A stretch of 64,000 bases of DNA, taken from positions 1,171-65,170 of the forward strand of contig JAILMH010000073.1 of assembly GCA_024692715.1 (NCBI GenBank), written 5' to 3'. The translations under genes and the position numbers were made by a program. Below are positions 29,730-38,807 of the stretch, piece by piece (the stretch's first letter is position 1; every line of letters starts with the position of its first letter). The notes beneath the pieces were generated by a model. The model had not been told where the DNA came from. It did no database searches and saw only the letters and a list, made by a program, of their open reading frames with translations. This stretch comes from Lachnospiraceae bacterium (lineage in GTDB: Bacteria > Bacillota > Clostridia > Lachnospirales > Lachnospiraceae).

Positions 29730-30170
29730 GCGTATTTTTAATTGCTCATTGTATACGTCATTATGCCTTATTAAAACTTCTTTTTGTTCGACCATATAAA
29801 CAATTTATACTGTACATCTACTCAAAACGTCAATATTTTTGTAAAAAAATTAATATAAATGCACAGATTGATAGAAAATGTCGCACAACGTCCTTGTGTG
29901 TTTCATATTGTAAAATTATTGCTGCGTTTGTGATAGCCACAAATTTGCTTATAATTTATCCCTTTTAGGCACATATACAATTATTGCACGATTATAGTAA
30001 AAAAAATCATAATTTCATACGTATTTTTCAACAATTTAGGCATATACAAAAAAATTCGATTTTGCAGGCTACAAATTCCGCAAAACCGAGTTTATAAATA
30101 GACACTTTTCCTGTATATGCCAACCGGCTTATTTCCCAAATCCCACATAAAAATACACAGGATTCAGAAA

Positions 30171-30370
30171 ATACAAATAGCGCCTGACGGATGAACCCGT
30201 CGGCGCTATTGTGTATATCTGCGCGCGGCTCTCTCAGCTACTCGCCTCGCGTACTCACAGTATCGCTCCGCGATCCTGTTTCGTCGCGGCTGTCGCCGCA
30301 TGTCAGCATATACAAATAGCGCCTGACGGATAAACCCGTCGGCGCTATTGTGTATATCTGCGCGCGGCTC
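30171..30370. repeat. Two direct copies (30171-30231 and 30310-30370) of a 61-bp palindromic unit around a 78-bp GC-rich spacer; REP/BIME-like
   Basis: Unit ATACAAATAGCGCCTGACGGAT(G/A)AACCCGTCGGCGCTATTGTGTATATCTGCGCGCGGCTC; the copies differ at one loop base; internal stem about 19 bp. Confidence 0.92.
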
Positions 30371-30396
30371 GTAGCTACGCGTATATGTTCTCAAAC

Positions 30397-30579
30397 TCAA
30401 TCAGCCTGAGAGATGATTTCCTTTTTGTTGTAGGATCCACAGTTCTTGCAAACTCTATGTGGTAACATAAGCTCGCCACACTTAGGGCATGCTACGAGAT
30501 TTACAGAAGCCATTTTCCAGTTAGCTCTTCTCTGATCTCTGTGTCCCTTAGAGGATTTGTTCTTCGGACAGATAGACAT
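30397..30579 (-). CDS. rpmF: 50S ribosomal protein L32 (zinc-ribbon form)
   Basis: PKNKSSK..RD.RRA, CPKCG...PHRVCKNCGSY. Confidence 0.96.
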   Translation of the reverse strand: MSICPKNKSSKGHRDQRRANWKMASVNLVACPKCGELMLPHRVCKNCGSYNKKEIISQAD

Positions 30580-30634
30580 CTACTTACACCTCCTAACGCA
30601 TATCAGCTTTCGCTGTTTTACTCATACTCAAATG

Positions 30635-30663
30635 ATTATACACATGTGTTTTTCGTTTGTCAA
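30635..30663 (-). promoter_or_regulatory. Consensus rpmF promoter
   Basis: TTGACA-17 nt-TATAAT with extended TG, a perfect consensus match. Confidence 0.85.
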
Positions 30664-30695
30664 CAAAAATGATTGACACCAAATTCTTTTTATTT

Positions 30696-31730
30696 TTACT
30701 GCAGCTGTGCCTGCACAGCTGTAATTGCTATTACACCCACAACATCGTGGCTTGAACATCCTCTTGAAAGATCATTTACCGGACGCGCAAGTCCCTGCAG
30801 CAGTGGGCCATAAGCTTCTGCCTTGCCAAGCCTCTGCACAAGCTTATATCCGATATTTCCGGCGTCAAGATTCGGGAATATCAGTACATTTGCATGTCCT
30901 GCGACCTCAGAACCCGGTGCCTTTGATTCACCGACTGATGGAACGATAGCAGCATCAAGCTGGAGTTCACCATCAAGCTTAAGGTCAGGATACTTCTCAT
31001 GGGCGATCCTCACTCCTTCAACAACCTTATCAACGAGTGCATGCTTTGCACTTCCCATTGTCGAATGCGAAAGAAGAGCCACTACAGGTTCTGCCTCTAC
31101 AAGTGACTTAAAGCTCTTTGCACTTGAGTCTGCGATCACTGCCAGCTGCTCTGAATTCGGATCCTGATTAAGGCCGCAGTCACCGAATACAAAAGTGCCC
31201 TTTTCACCCATTTCACAATCCGGCACGCACATTACAAAGAAACCCGAAACCATTTCAACTCCCGGAGCAGTTCTAAGTATCTGAAGTGCCGGGCGCAATG
31301 TATCTGCTGTTGCATGACACGCACCGGCCACCATACCATCAGCCTCGCCCATTTTAACCATCATTATTCCGTAGGTCAGATAATCCTCGTGAAGGATCCT
31401 CTCGGCATTTTCCGGCGTCATACCTTTTTTACTTCTAAGCTCCACCAGCTTATCCTTGTAAGTCTCGAATTTAGGATCCTCCTCCGGATTCACCACTTCA
31501 ATGTCAGAAACATCTATACGAAGCCGCTTTGCATCTGCTGTTATCTTATTCTTGTCCCCAATAAGAATAATGTCAGCGATCTCATCTCTCATGCTCCACG
31601 ACGCCGCCCTCAGAACACGGTCATCATTCGACTCCGGAAGAACTATCTTCTTTCTGTCTTTAGATGCTCTCACCTTGATCTGCTTGATAAATGCACTGTC
31701 CTCTGTTCTCGCCATACCTTTTCCCTCCAA
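30696..31730 (-). CDS. pta: Phosphate acetyltransferase (short PTA_PTB form)
   Basis: IVLPESND.RVL.AA, VAGACHATADTLRPALQI, LLSHSTMGS, DGELQLDAAIV, FPNLDAGNIGYK, NDLSRGC. Confidence 0.95.
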   Translation of the reverse strand: MEGKGMARTEDSAFIKQIKVRASKDRKKIVLPESNDDRVLRAASWSMRDEIADIILIGDKNKITADAKRLRIDVSDIEVVNPEEDPKFETYKDKLVELRSKKGMTPENAERILHEDYLTYGIMMVKMGEADGMVAGACHATADTLRPALQILRTAPGVEMVSGFFVMCVPDCEMGEKGTFVFGDCGLNQDPNSEQLAVIADSSAKSFKSLVEAEPVVALLSHSTMGSAKHALVDKVVEGVRIAHEKYPDLKLDGELQLDAAIVPSVGESKAPGSEVAGHANVLIFPNLDAGNIGYKLVQRLGKAEAYGPLLQGLARPVNDLSRGCSSHDVVGVIAITAVQAQLQ

Positions 31731-31755
31731 TACTCTACAGGATAACCCCTGCTTT

Positions 31756-31938
31756 TTATTTTTCAGGAAGCATATAATATCTGGTGCAGCCGCATCTGGA
31801 CTTGTATACCTTCTGCCAAATCTTCCAGATGTAGTCTTTTGTTATAAACTTCCTTCTTAACTTAGACGTGTCTGCAATTGCTGAAACCTCTATATAAAGC
31901 TCGTGTGCGAGCTCTGACTCAAATTTAATATTACTCAC
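31756..31938 (-). CDS. Hypothetical small protein, 60 aa from GTG 31938 (65 aa from ATG 31953)
   Basis: GAGG RBS 9 nt before the GTG; own promoter upstream; ends 25 nt before pta; no family recognised. Confidence 0.5.
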   Translation of the reverse strand: MSNIKFESELAHELYIEVSAIADTSKLRRKFITKDYIWKIWQKVYKSRCGCTRYYMLPEK

Positions 31939-31971
31939 GTTTATTTTCCTCATCTTTGATTATCATCAATT

Positions 31972-32000
31972 ATCATAAGCCACATGAAAAAACATTTCAA
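31972..32000 (-). promoter_or_regulatory. Putative promoter for the small ORF and pta
   Basis: TTGAAA-17 nt-TATGAT. Confidence 0.6.
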
Positions 32001-32060
32001 GTTCTTAAGTTTTTATGTTATTTTTTTAGTAACATCCTATAGATTTTGGAGCGCATAACT

Positions 32061-33284
32061 ATGAAAATAACAGGAATTGTAGCAGAATTCAATCCTTTTC
32101 ACTCAGGTCATGAATTTTTAATAAAAAAAGCACTGCAGGAAACCTCTTCCGATGCCTGTATCGTCGTGATGAGCGGAGATTTTGTACAGCGAGGTGCACC
32201 TGCCTTCATAAATAAATATCTGAGAGCTGAAGCAGCGCTGAATTCCGGCTGTTCGATGGTCATAGAGCTCAATCAGCAGTCAGCCACCGGAAGCGCCCCT
32301 GAATTCGCAGAGGGAGCCATCAGGCTTCTAAATTCCCTTGGCGTGATCGATACACTTGCCTTCGGAAGTGAATCAGGCGACATCGCTGCCCTGGGTCCTG
32401 TCTGCGATATTCTCTCAGAAGAGCCGGCTTCTTACAAAGAAAGCCTTAAACAATGTCTTGCCAGCGGGCTATCATTCCCCGCTGCCAGAGCTGCTGCACT
32501 TAATGCCTGCGCAGGCATCGACCCTGCCATTCTTAAAGGTTCAAATAATATCCTAGCTTTAGAATACATGCGTATGCTTAAACTGACTAAAAGCCGGATC
32601 GTGCCTTTTACCATAAAACGTGAAGGCGAAGCCTATAATTCAGGCAGCATCTCAGCAAGCAGCTTCAGCTCCGCAAAAGCAATCCGCGAGGCCGTAATAA
32701 ACAATGCTCCGGAGCTCCCTCTTTCTGCGATGCCTGAACATGCAGCTTCAATTTTGGTAGATTCGATTGCTAAAAAAGCATTTCTCACAGCTGATGATCT
32801 TTCATCCGAACTGCTTTATGCACTCAGGATGAATCTGCCTGAACTGGAGGATTTTTACGACCTTGTTCCGGAACTTGCAGACCGGATTCGCAATACCATC
32901 GACGAATATAAAAGCTTTTCACAATATACAGAGCTCCTTAAAACAAAAAATATGACATATACCGCTATAAGCCGTTCTTTAATCCATGTACTGCTCGGAA
33001 TCAGACGCGATAAAAACTGTGCCATATCTGATTTTCTGAGTCCACAGTACATCCGTGTACTCGGCTTCAGAAAGGATTCTTCAAAACTTTTGAAACTTAT
33101 TGCTGAAAACTCTTCTGTACCACTTATAATCCGTCCTACAGAAGCCGCAGAAAAACTCAGCAAAAAAGCACTGCGCTCCTTCAATGAAGAAATACGCAGT
33201 GCCAATATATACGAGTCTGTTATAAGCCGCAGATCCGGCCTTTCCTTCAGCAGCGAATTCCGCCGCAGAATGCTCACTCTTTAG
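32061..33284 (+). CDS. tmcAL: tRNA(Met) cytidine acetate ligase (HIGH nucleotidyltransferase, YlbM family)
   Basis: [45 protein letters not shown]; divergent from the pta/rpmF side as in other Firmicutes; start taken at ATG 32061. Confidence 0.9.
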   Translation: MKITGIVAEFNPFHSGHEFLIKKALQETSSDACIVVMSGDFVQRGAPAFINKYLRAEAALNSGCSMVIELNQQSATGSAPEFAEGAIRLLNSLGVIDTLAFGSESGDIAALGPVCDILSEEPASYKESLKQCLASGLSFPAARAAALNACAGIDPAILKGSNNILALEYMRMLKLTKSRIVPFTIKREGEAYNSGSISASSFSSAKAIREAVINNAPELPLSAMPEHAASILVDSIAKKAFLTADDLSSELLYALRMNLPELEDFYDLVPELADRIRNTIDEYKSFSQYTELLKTKNMTYTAISRSLIHVLLGIRRDKNCAISDFLSPQYIRVLGFRKDSSKLLKLIAENSSVPLIIRPTEAAEKLSKKALRSFNEEIRSANIYESVISRRSGLSFSSEFRRRMLTL

Positions 33285-34645
33285 TTTTTGAATGAATGGA
33301 TAGGTGCCGGGATTCTTCCTGTACGATTTACAAATGCAGAGCAGTCAAACTGATTTACAGGCATGATCGGTGCATGACCAAGAAGTCCGCCAAATTCTAC
33401 CGTATCTCCGACTCCTTTACCGATCACCGGGATAACTCTGACTGCTGTTGTCTTCTGGTTTACCATACCAAGAGCCATTTCATCAGCGATCATTCCTGCA
33501 ATCGTTGTATCCTTTGTATCTCCAGGAATCGCGATCATATCAAGTCCAACTGAGCATACACATGTCATCGCTTCAAGCTTCTCTATAGTGATCGCACCTG
33601 CCTCTACAGCGTTGATCATACCCTGGTCTTCGCTGACAGGTATAAAAGCCCCTGAAAGTCCGCCGACATAGCTTGAAGCCATTACTCCACCCTTTTTAAC
33701 CTGATCGTTAAGAAGAGCAAGCGCAGCAGTTGTTCCCGGCGCTCCGGCAAACTCTACTCCGATCTCCTCAAGGATGTCAGCAACAGAATCACCGATAGCC
33801 GGTGTAGGTGCAAGCGAGAGGTCGATAATTCCAAAAGGAACCCCAAGACGTTTTGAAGCCTCCTGTGCAACGAGCTGACCTACTCGTGTAACCTTGAACG
33901 CTGTCTTTTTAATAGTCTCACAAAGGATTTCGAAACTCTTTCCTTCGACACTCTTAAGCGCCTCCTTAACAACACCGGGGCCGCTGACGCCAACATTTAT
34001 AACTGCATCACCCTCTGTAACACCATGGAACGCACCGGCCATAAACGGATTATCATCAGGTGCATTACATATGACAACAAGCTTTGCGCAGCCAAGAGAA
34101 TCCTTCTCTTTTGTCCATTCAGCAGCCTCTTTGATGATAGTTCCCATTAGTCTGACTGCATCCATGTTGATACCTGTTTTTGTAGATGCAACATTAATGC
34201 TTGAGCATATAAAATCTGTTTTTGCAAGAGCTTCAGGAATCGACCTGATAAGAAGCTCATCTGCCTTTGTCATGCTCTTTGAAACAAGTGCAGAATAACC
34301 ACCAATGAAATTAACTCCAAGCTTTTTCGCACATCTGTCAAGGGCTTCCGCAATTTTTACGAAATCCTGAGGTGTCTTACAGGCAGCTCCGCCCACAATA
34401 GCAACAGGTGTAATAGAAATTCTTTTGTTTACGATCGGAATTCCAAACTCACGCTCGATCTCACGTCCTGTTGATACCAGATCCTTAGCAACGCTGCAGA
34501 TCTTATTCTCGATGTTCTCAATCACCTTATCCAGGTCAGAATCAATACAGTCAAGAAGGCTGATTCCCATTGTTATCGTTCTGACATCAAGGTTTTCCTT
34601 CTCGATCATATCATTAGTTTCACGTACTTCGCTGATGTTTATCAT
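33281..34645 (-). CDS. UPF0210/DUF711 PFL-like family protein
   Basis: [73 protein letters not shown]. Confidence 0.93.
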   Translation of the reverse strand: MINISEVRETNDMIEKENLDVRTITMGISLLDCIDSDLDKVIENIENKICSVAKDLVSTGREIEREFGIPIVNKRISITPVAIVGGAACKTPQDFVKIAEALDRCAKKLGVNFIGGYSALVSKSMTKADELLIRSIPEALAKTDFICSSINVASTKTGINMDAVRLMGTIIKEAAEWTKEKDSLGCAKLVVICNAPDDNPFMAGAFHGVTEGDAVINVGVSGPGVVKEALKSVEGKSFEILCETIKKTAFKVTRVGQLVAQEASKRLGVPFGIIDLSLAPTPAIGDSVADILEEIGVEFAGAPGTTAALALLNDQVKKGGVMASSYVGGLSGAFIPVSEDQGMINAVEAGAITIEKLEAMTCVCSVGLDMIAIPGDTKDTTIAGMIADEMALGMVNQKTTAVRVIPVIGKGVGDTVEFGGLLGHAPIMPVNQFDCSAFVNRTGRIPAPIHSFKN

Positions 34646-34700
34646 GCTTTTCTCCAGTCATTCTTACAGATAGTATTCAGTCTAACTTTTGCTTCAGTGA

Positions 34701-34973
34701 TCAGATTCTGTGCATAGAATCAAAGATATCTTCAAGCTGACACTTAACTGTGACGCCTATCTCCTGTCCAACCTGCTCAAGCTCAGATGAAAGTTCCACG
34801 AATGATTTAGAGCTTCCGCCCACATCAACGATCATCATCATGTTAAAGAAACCACTGACGATAGTCTGTGAAATATCAAGGATGTTTATCTTGTTCTCAG
34901 CAAGATAAGTGCACACCTTTGCGATAATTCCAACGGTGTCTTTTCCAACTACGGTAATAATTGCTCTCTTCAT
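34701..34973 (-). CDS. Stand-alone ACT domain protein (UPF0237)
   Basis: AIITVVGKDTVGIIAKV...L....INILDISQTI..GFFNM.M, Q.EDIFDSMHRI; usual partner of UPF0210. Confidence 0.92.
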   Translation of the reverse strand: MKRAIITVVGKDTVGIIAKVCTYLAENKINILDISQTIVSGFFNMMMIVDVGGSSKSFVELSSELEQVGQEIGVTVKCQLEDIFDSMHRI

Positions 34974-35031
34974 AACAGATTCTCCTCTTAAAAATGTATA
35001 TGTAGAGCGGGTTTATCCCGCATTGCTACCT

Positions 35032-35841
35032 TTATACTGCTATACATTCTGAGCGCTTGTCTCTGCCTGCCACCATAAGGCGGAAATCAGTCAGCGACGG
35101 CATCAGCCTTTCGCCAGTAAGTCCTATCTCCATACGAACTGTTTCGTATGCGAGCTTATCATAATTATTCTCTTTACTCAAGTGTCCCAGAAGAACTGTC
35201 TTTAAATCATCACCGCAGCTCAAAAGCACTTCGGTCAATTCTCCCGCGGTATCATTTGAAAGATGACCGCGGTCAGAGAGAATACGCTGCTTGAGATAAT
35301 AAGGGTATCTTCCCGCCTCAAGCATATTTACATCATGGTTTGCCTCCAAAAGAAGTGCCGAAACACCCTTAAGGTTATCGATTATATATTCGTCATATTT
35401 CCCGAGATCAGTCATGACTGCGACAGATCTGCCGTCTGATGTAAAACGATAGGCCACGGGATCCGCCGCATCATGGGAAATATGTATCGGATTGACTGTT
35501 ATATCATTCAGTTCAAAAGGATCATCTGCGCGTATCTCATGAATAAGCTCATGAGGCGTCTTCGCCAGATCCTTTGTTGCAAGCATTGCATCTATAGTTC
35601 CTTTAGTTGCATAGATTGGAAGTCCATAGCGGCGCGTCATCACTCCAAGCCCTTTTATATGGTCCAAATGCTCATGTGTTATCAATATACCATCTATTTT
35701 AGCTGCGTCAACTAATAATTCTGACAGACCTGCCTCTATCCTCTTTCCTGAAATACCGGCATCGACCAGCAGATTTGTTTTTCCTGTTCCAACATATATG
35801 CAGTTTCCAGAACTTCCGGAGGCTATGCTGCAAAGTTTCAT
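35032..35841 (-). CDS. MBL-fold metallo-hydrolase (YycJ/WalJ-like)
   Basis: SIASGSSGNC, LVDAG, ITHEHLDH, SHDA, LEANHD, GHLSN, LGHLSKENN. Confidence 0.9.
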   Translation of the reverse strand: MKLCSIASGSSGNCIYVGTGKTNLLVDAGISGKRIEAGLSELLVDAAKIDGILITHEHLDHIKGLGVMTRRYGLPIYATKGTIDAMLATKDLAKTPHELIHEIRADDPFELNDITVNPIHISHDAADPVAYRFTSDGRSVAVMTDLGKYDEYIIDNLKGVSALLLEANHDVNMLEAGRYPYYLKQRILSDRGHLSNDTAGELTEVLLSCGDDLKTVLLGHLSKENNYDKLAYETVRMEIGLTGERLMPSLTDFRLMVAGRDKRSECIAV

Positions 35842-38202
35842 TTAATCGTTCCTCCAATAAATCTCAAGCCTGTCTCCACTATTGAGTTCCTCTACAAACT
35901 CGGCATCACGTCCGTTAATCTTTGTTGCAACAGAAGTGCCATGCGGCGTTGAGCGATCAAAATCAATGTAATTAAATACATCGACATAAATATAATTTGC
36001 TTTTCCTGTCATTTTTACAGGACGATTGTTTACAAGTACTTCAATTTCTTTATTCTTAGGTTTTCCGGGTCCATCAAGGAAAGTAAGCGGTCCGGGTGTG
36101 TGTGCTGTTTCCCTGGTATCTGTCTCTTCTGCAGGCTTTTCGCCAGAAGCATCTTCTGAAGGTATATCTTCTGCCTTTACAACCTCGGCTTCAACCGCAT
36201 CGTTCTTCTTAACATCCTGCTTTAATCTTCCTGTGATCTCAGCCATCTTCTCCTGGCTCTTATGCACAGCTTCAAGCATGCGCTTATAAGAAGCCTCTCT
36301 TTCAAGCCTCTCTGCTTCCGCCTCTGCACTTTCCTTACTCTCTTCCTCAGAGATTTCGCCCAGATCATCGATTATATCTTCCTCTGCAACATCCTCGACC
36401 TCATCTTCAGGCTCAGGCTCGTGAGTCTTTCGCTCAGGAATATCAGGCTTTGTCCACTCTATGGTAAAATTATCATAAACCTCTGTATCAGGGCTCGCTT
36501 CAAGATTATTTACATATACCTCTGTATGGATCTCAGGATCAATATCAAGGAATTTAAGAACCTGCTCCACTTTATAGTAACGACGCATCTCGATATTATC
36601 GCCGTCCTGAACTTCATAAAATCCATTCTGAAGTTCTCCGTTAACAACTGCAAACTTAGGAAGCCTTACCTGTTTTCCGTCAACTACAACAGAGATCGAA
36701 TCATTAAAGCCCTCAAGCTTTCCAAGCTGAACCGTTACAGGATCTCCCGCTGTGGAAGGTGTGACTTCTATAACGTCTCCGCCCTTGACTCTTTCTGAAA
36801 TAGAAACCTCTTTGCCATTGAGCTTGATCACAGCAGCATCGCCGGGAGTTCCGCGGCGAACCTCTTTTTTGCCGTTAAATGTAAATCTTAGCTCATTTCC
36901 TCTCTTCGGGAAAAGATCCTCATTAGGGTATCCGGCCTGCATCGCAGCATCTGAAACCCTAAGATTAGAATTATCATAAAGCTTTATCTCATTTCCATTA
37001 AACTTAAGGAAGATAAAGTTATTTTTCATGTTGTAATAGTTAAGACAGATTCCAACAGGAGTAACAAGCAGTGAATCCTTTGTAACTCCGGTAACCTTAA
37101 AATCTATATCCTTTAAGACATCCTCGCCGCGGACTGCAACTCTCTGATGAATGATCCCAAGCTCATCTGCAAGATGCTCAGTGAAGCCCGGAGCCTTTCC
37201 GCCGCCCCCGACTACAAATACAGCACTAACGCTCTTGTTTCCATTGAGCTTTTTGATCTTCTTGGCAATTTCCTTTGTCATGGCAGAAATGCATGGCTCA
37301 ATAAGCTTCTTGACCTCATCAGGCTTGATCGTCTGCTCAAGTCCCATGATATCATGATAAACTATAGGTTCTTTACCGGAAGCACTTCTCTTAATATTTT
37401 CAGCCTCGGCAAAATCAACCAGGCATCCTTTCGCGATCACCTCTGTGATCTCATCGCCCGCACTCGGGATCATTCCATAGGCTATGATAGCCTCATCCCT
37501 TGTGATACAGATATCACTCGTACCGGCTCCCACATCAAGAAGAGCGATATTAAGCATTCTGTATGAAGGAGGAATTGCCACTTCCATGGCAGCGATAGGC
37601 TCCAGCGTAAGATTTGCTACACGAAGTCCTGCCATACCGACTGCCTTGTAAAGGCCGTCAACGACTTCTTCCGGAAGAAATGTTGCAATGATATCTGCAC
37701 CTATTTCCTCTGCCTTATGATCTACAAGGCTGCTCATCTGATAATTGTTCAGATAATACCTTTCAACCGTATATCCTACACAATAAAAGCGTATCCTTGT
37801 ATCATTTTTCTTTTCAAATTCTGAAAAAGCCTTTTCGGCTCCCATCAGTTCAAGAGAATAAACATCCTCTCCTGTAACATCGCGTTCTTCATCAAATATC
37901 TTATCTACATGAATCTGAACTGTCCTTAAAACTCGTCCGGCTGCAGCAATACAGACATCATCCAGCTCCCTTCCAAGCTTAGCCTCCAGCTGCTCCGTGA
38001 CTTCTTTGATCTCATCCGCAACGCCTTCGATCTTGTGGATCTGACCATCGAGCATGACTCTGTCATCATGTTCTCTTGTCTGCATTGCAATTACATGAAA
38101 TTTTTTGTTGTTCTGATACCCCACCGTACCAACTATGCTTCTCGTGCCAATATCAAGGCCGTAAACAAGCTGCTCCGTTAAATTAGTTTTTGTACTCTCC
38201 AT
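35842..38202 (-). CDS. FtsA/PilM-like actin-family ATPase with C-terminal beta-grasp-like repeats and an acidic linker
   Basis: LDIGTRS, LTLEPIAA, LDVGAGTSD, VVGGGGK; four xNG...GDxIE motifs; D/E-rich segment at aa 595-635. Confidence 0.8.
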   Translation of the reverse strand: MESTKTNLTEQLVYGLDIGTRSIVGTVGYQNNKKFHVIAMQTREHDDRVMLDGQIHKIEGVADEIKEVTEQLEAKLGRELDDVCIAAAGRVLRTVQIHVDKIFDEERDVTGEDVYSLELMGAEKAFSEFEKKNDTRIRFYCVGYTVERYYLNNYQMSSLVDHKAEEIGADIIATFLPEEVVDGLYKAVGMAGLRVANLTLEPIAAMEVAIPPSYRMLNIALLDVGAGTSDICITRDEAIIAYGMIPSAGDEITEVIAKGCLVDFAEAENIKRSASGKEPIVYHDIMGLEQTIKPDEVKKLIEPCISAMTKEIAKKIKKLNGNKSVSAVFVVGGGGKAPGFTEHLADELGIIHQRVAVRGEDVLKDIDFKVTGVTKDSLLVTPVGICLNYYNMKNNFIFLKFNGNEIKLYDNSNLRVSDAAMQAGYPNEDLFPKRGNELRFTFNGKKEVRRGTPGDAAVIKLNGKEVSISERVKGGDVIEVTPSTAGDPVTVQLGKLEGFNDSISVVVDGKQVRLPKFAVVNGELQNGFYEVQDGDNIEMRRYYKVEQVLKFLDIDPEIHTEVYVNNLEASPDTEVYDNFTIEWTKPDIPERKTHEPEPEDEVEDVAEEDIIDDLGEISEEESKESAEAEAERLEREASYKRMLEAVHKSQEKMAEITGRLKQDVKKNDAVEAEVVKAEDIPSEDASGEKPAEETDTRETAHTPGPLTFLDGPGKPKNKEIEVLVNNRPVKMTGKANYIYVDVFNYIDFDRSTPHGTSVATKINGRDAEFVEELNSGDRLEIYWRND

Positions 38203-38785
38203 GGATTACCTCATCAATCTGAGCGTAAGTACTTTCCAGCTCCCCCGAATTATCGATTACATGTGCCGAATACCGTCTAAACATATCATCGCTCTGCTGA
38301 GCCGCCATTATGGCTGATATCTTTGCATCGGTATATCCCCTCGATTCCTTTAGCCTCTTTCGGCGAACCTCATCTGAAGTATATATATACCACAGTTCAT
38401 CGCATATCCGATCATACCCTTCCTCGATCAGAAGTGCCGCCTCAAGAAAATAAAAATCAATTCTTCCAAGCTCTTTTTCCCGTTTTACATCCTCCAGCAC
38501 ATACTCCTTGACTGCCGGATGAATTATGGAATTTACAGAACTTAAAAGACCGGAATCGCTAAAGATCTTTTCTGCCATCCTTCGACGGTCTATTGTACCG
38601 TCGGTATTGAGTATATCATCATTAAGCAGACTCACAAGCCTCATATAACAGGCTTTTCCCGGCTGCGTAACAAGGTGTGCAACTTCGTCAGCTCTGACTA
38701 CCCTGCACTTACAGGAACGTGAAAGGTAAGCCATAATCTCTGACTTTCCAGCGCCCACACCGCCGGTGATACCAATCATTTTCAT
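38183..38785 (-). CDS. coaE: Dephospho-CoA kinase
   Basis: IGITGGVGAGKS, ADEVAH, IDRRRMA..IF, IIHPAV, EAALLIE. Confidence 0.95.
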   Translation of the reverse strand: MKMIGITGGVGAGKSEIMAYLSRSCKCRVVRADEVAHLVTQPGKACYMRLVSLLNDDILNTDGTIDRRRMAEKIFSDSGLLSSVNSIIHPAVKEYVLEDVKREKELGRIDFYFLEAALLIEEGYDRICDELWYIYTSDEVRRKRLKESRGYTDAKISAIMAAQQSDDMFRRYSAHVIDNSGELESTYAQIDEVIHGEYKN

Positions 38786-38807
38786 ACTTTCACCTCTGTC
38801 CTACATT

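Noticed and set aside
29927-29943. Rex operator
   Set aside because: TTGTG/CACAA half-sites are 3 bp closer than in the 18-bp Rex consensus and are not upstream of pta; kept only as an unassigned palindrome
30171-30370. CRISPR array interpretation of the repeat-spacer-repeat
   Set aside because: Only two repeats; 61-bp repeat and 78-bp spacer are outside normal ranges; no cas genes adjacent
30206-30400. 64-aa ORF across the repeats
   Set aside because: Translation of GC-rich palindromic DNA; no RBS; Arg/Ala-rich composition typical of spurious ORFs
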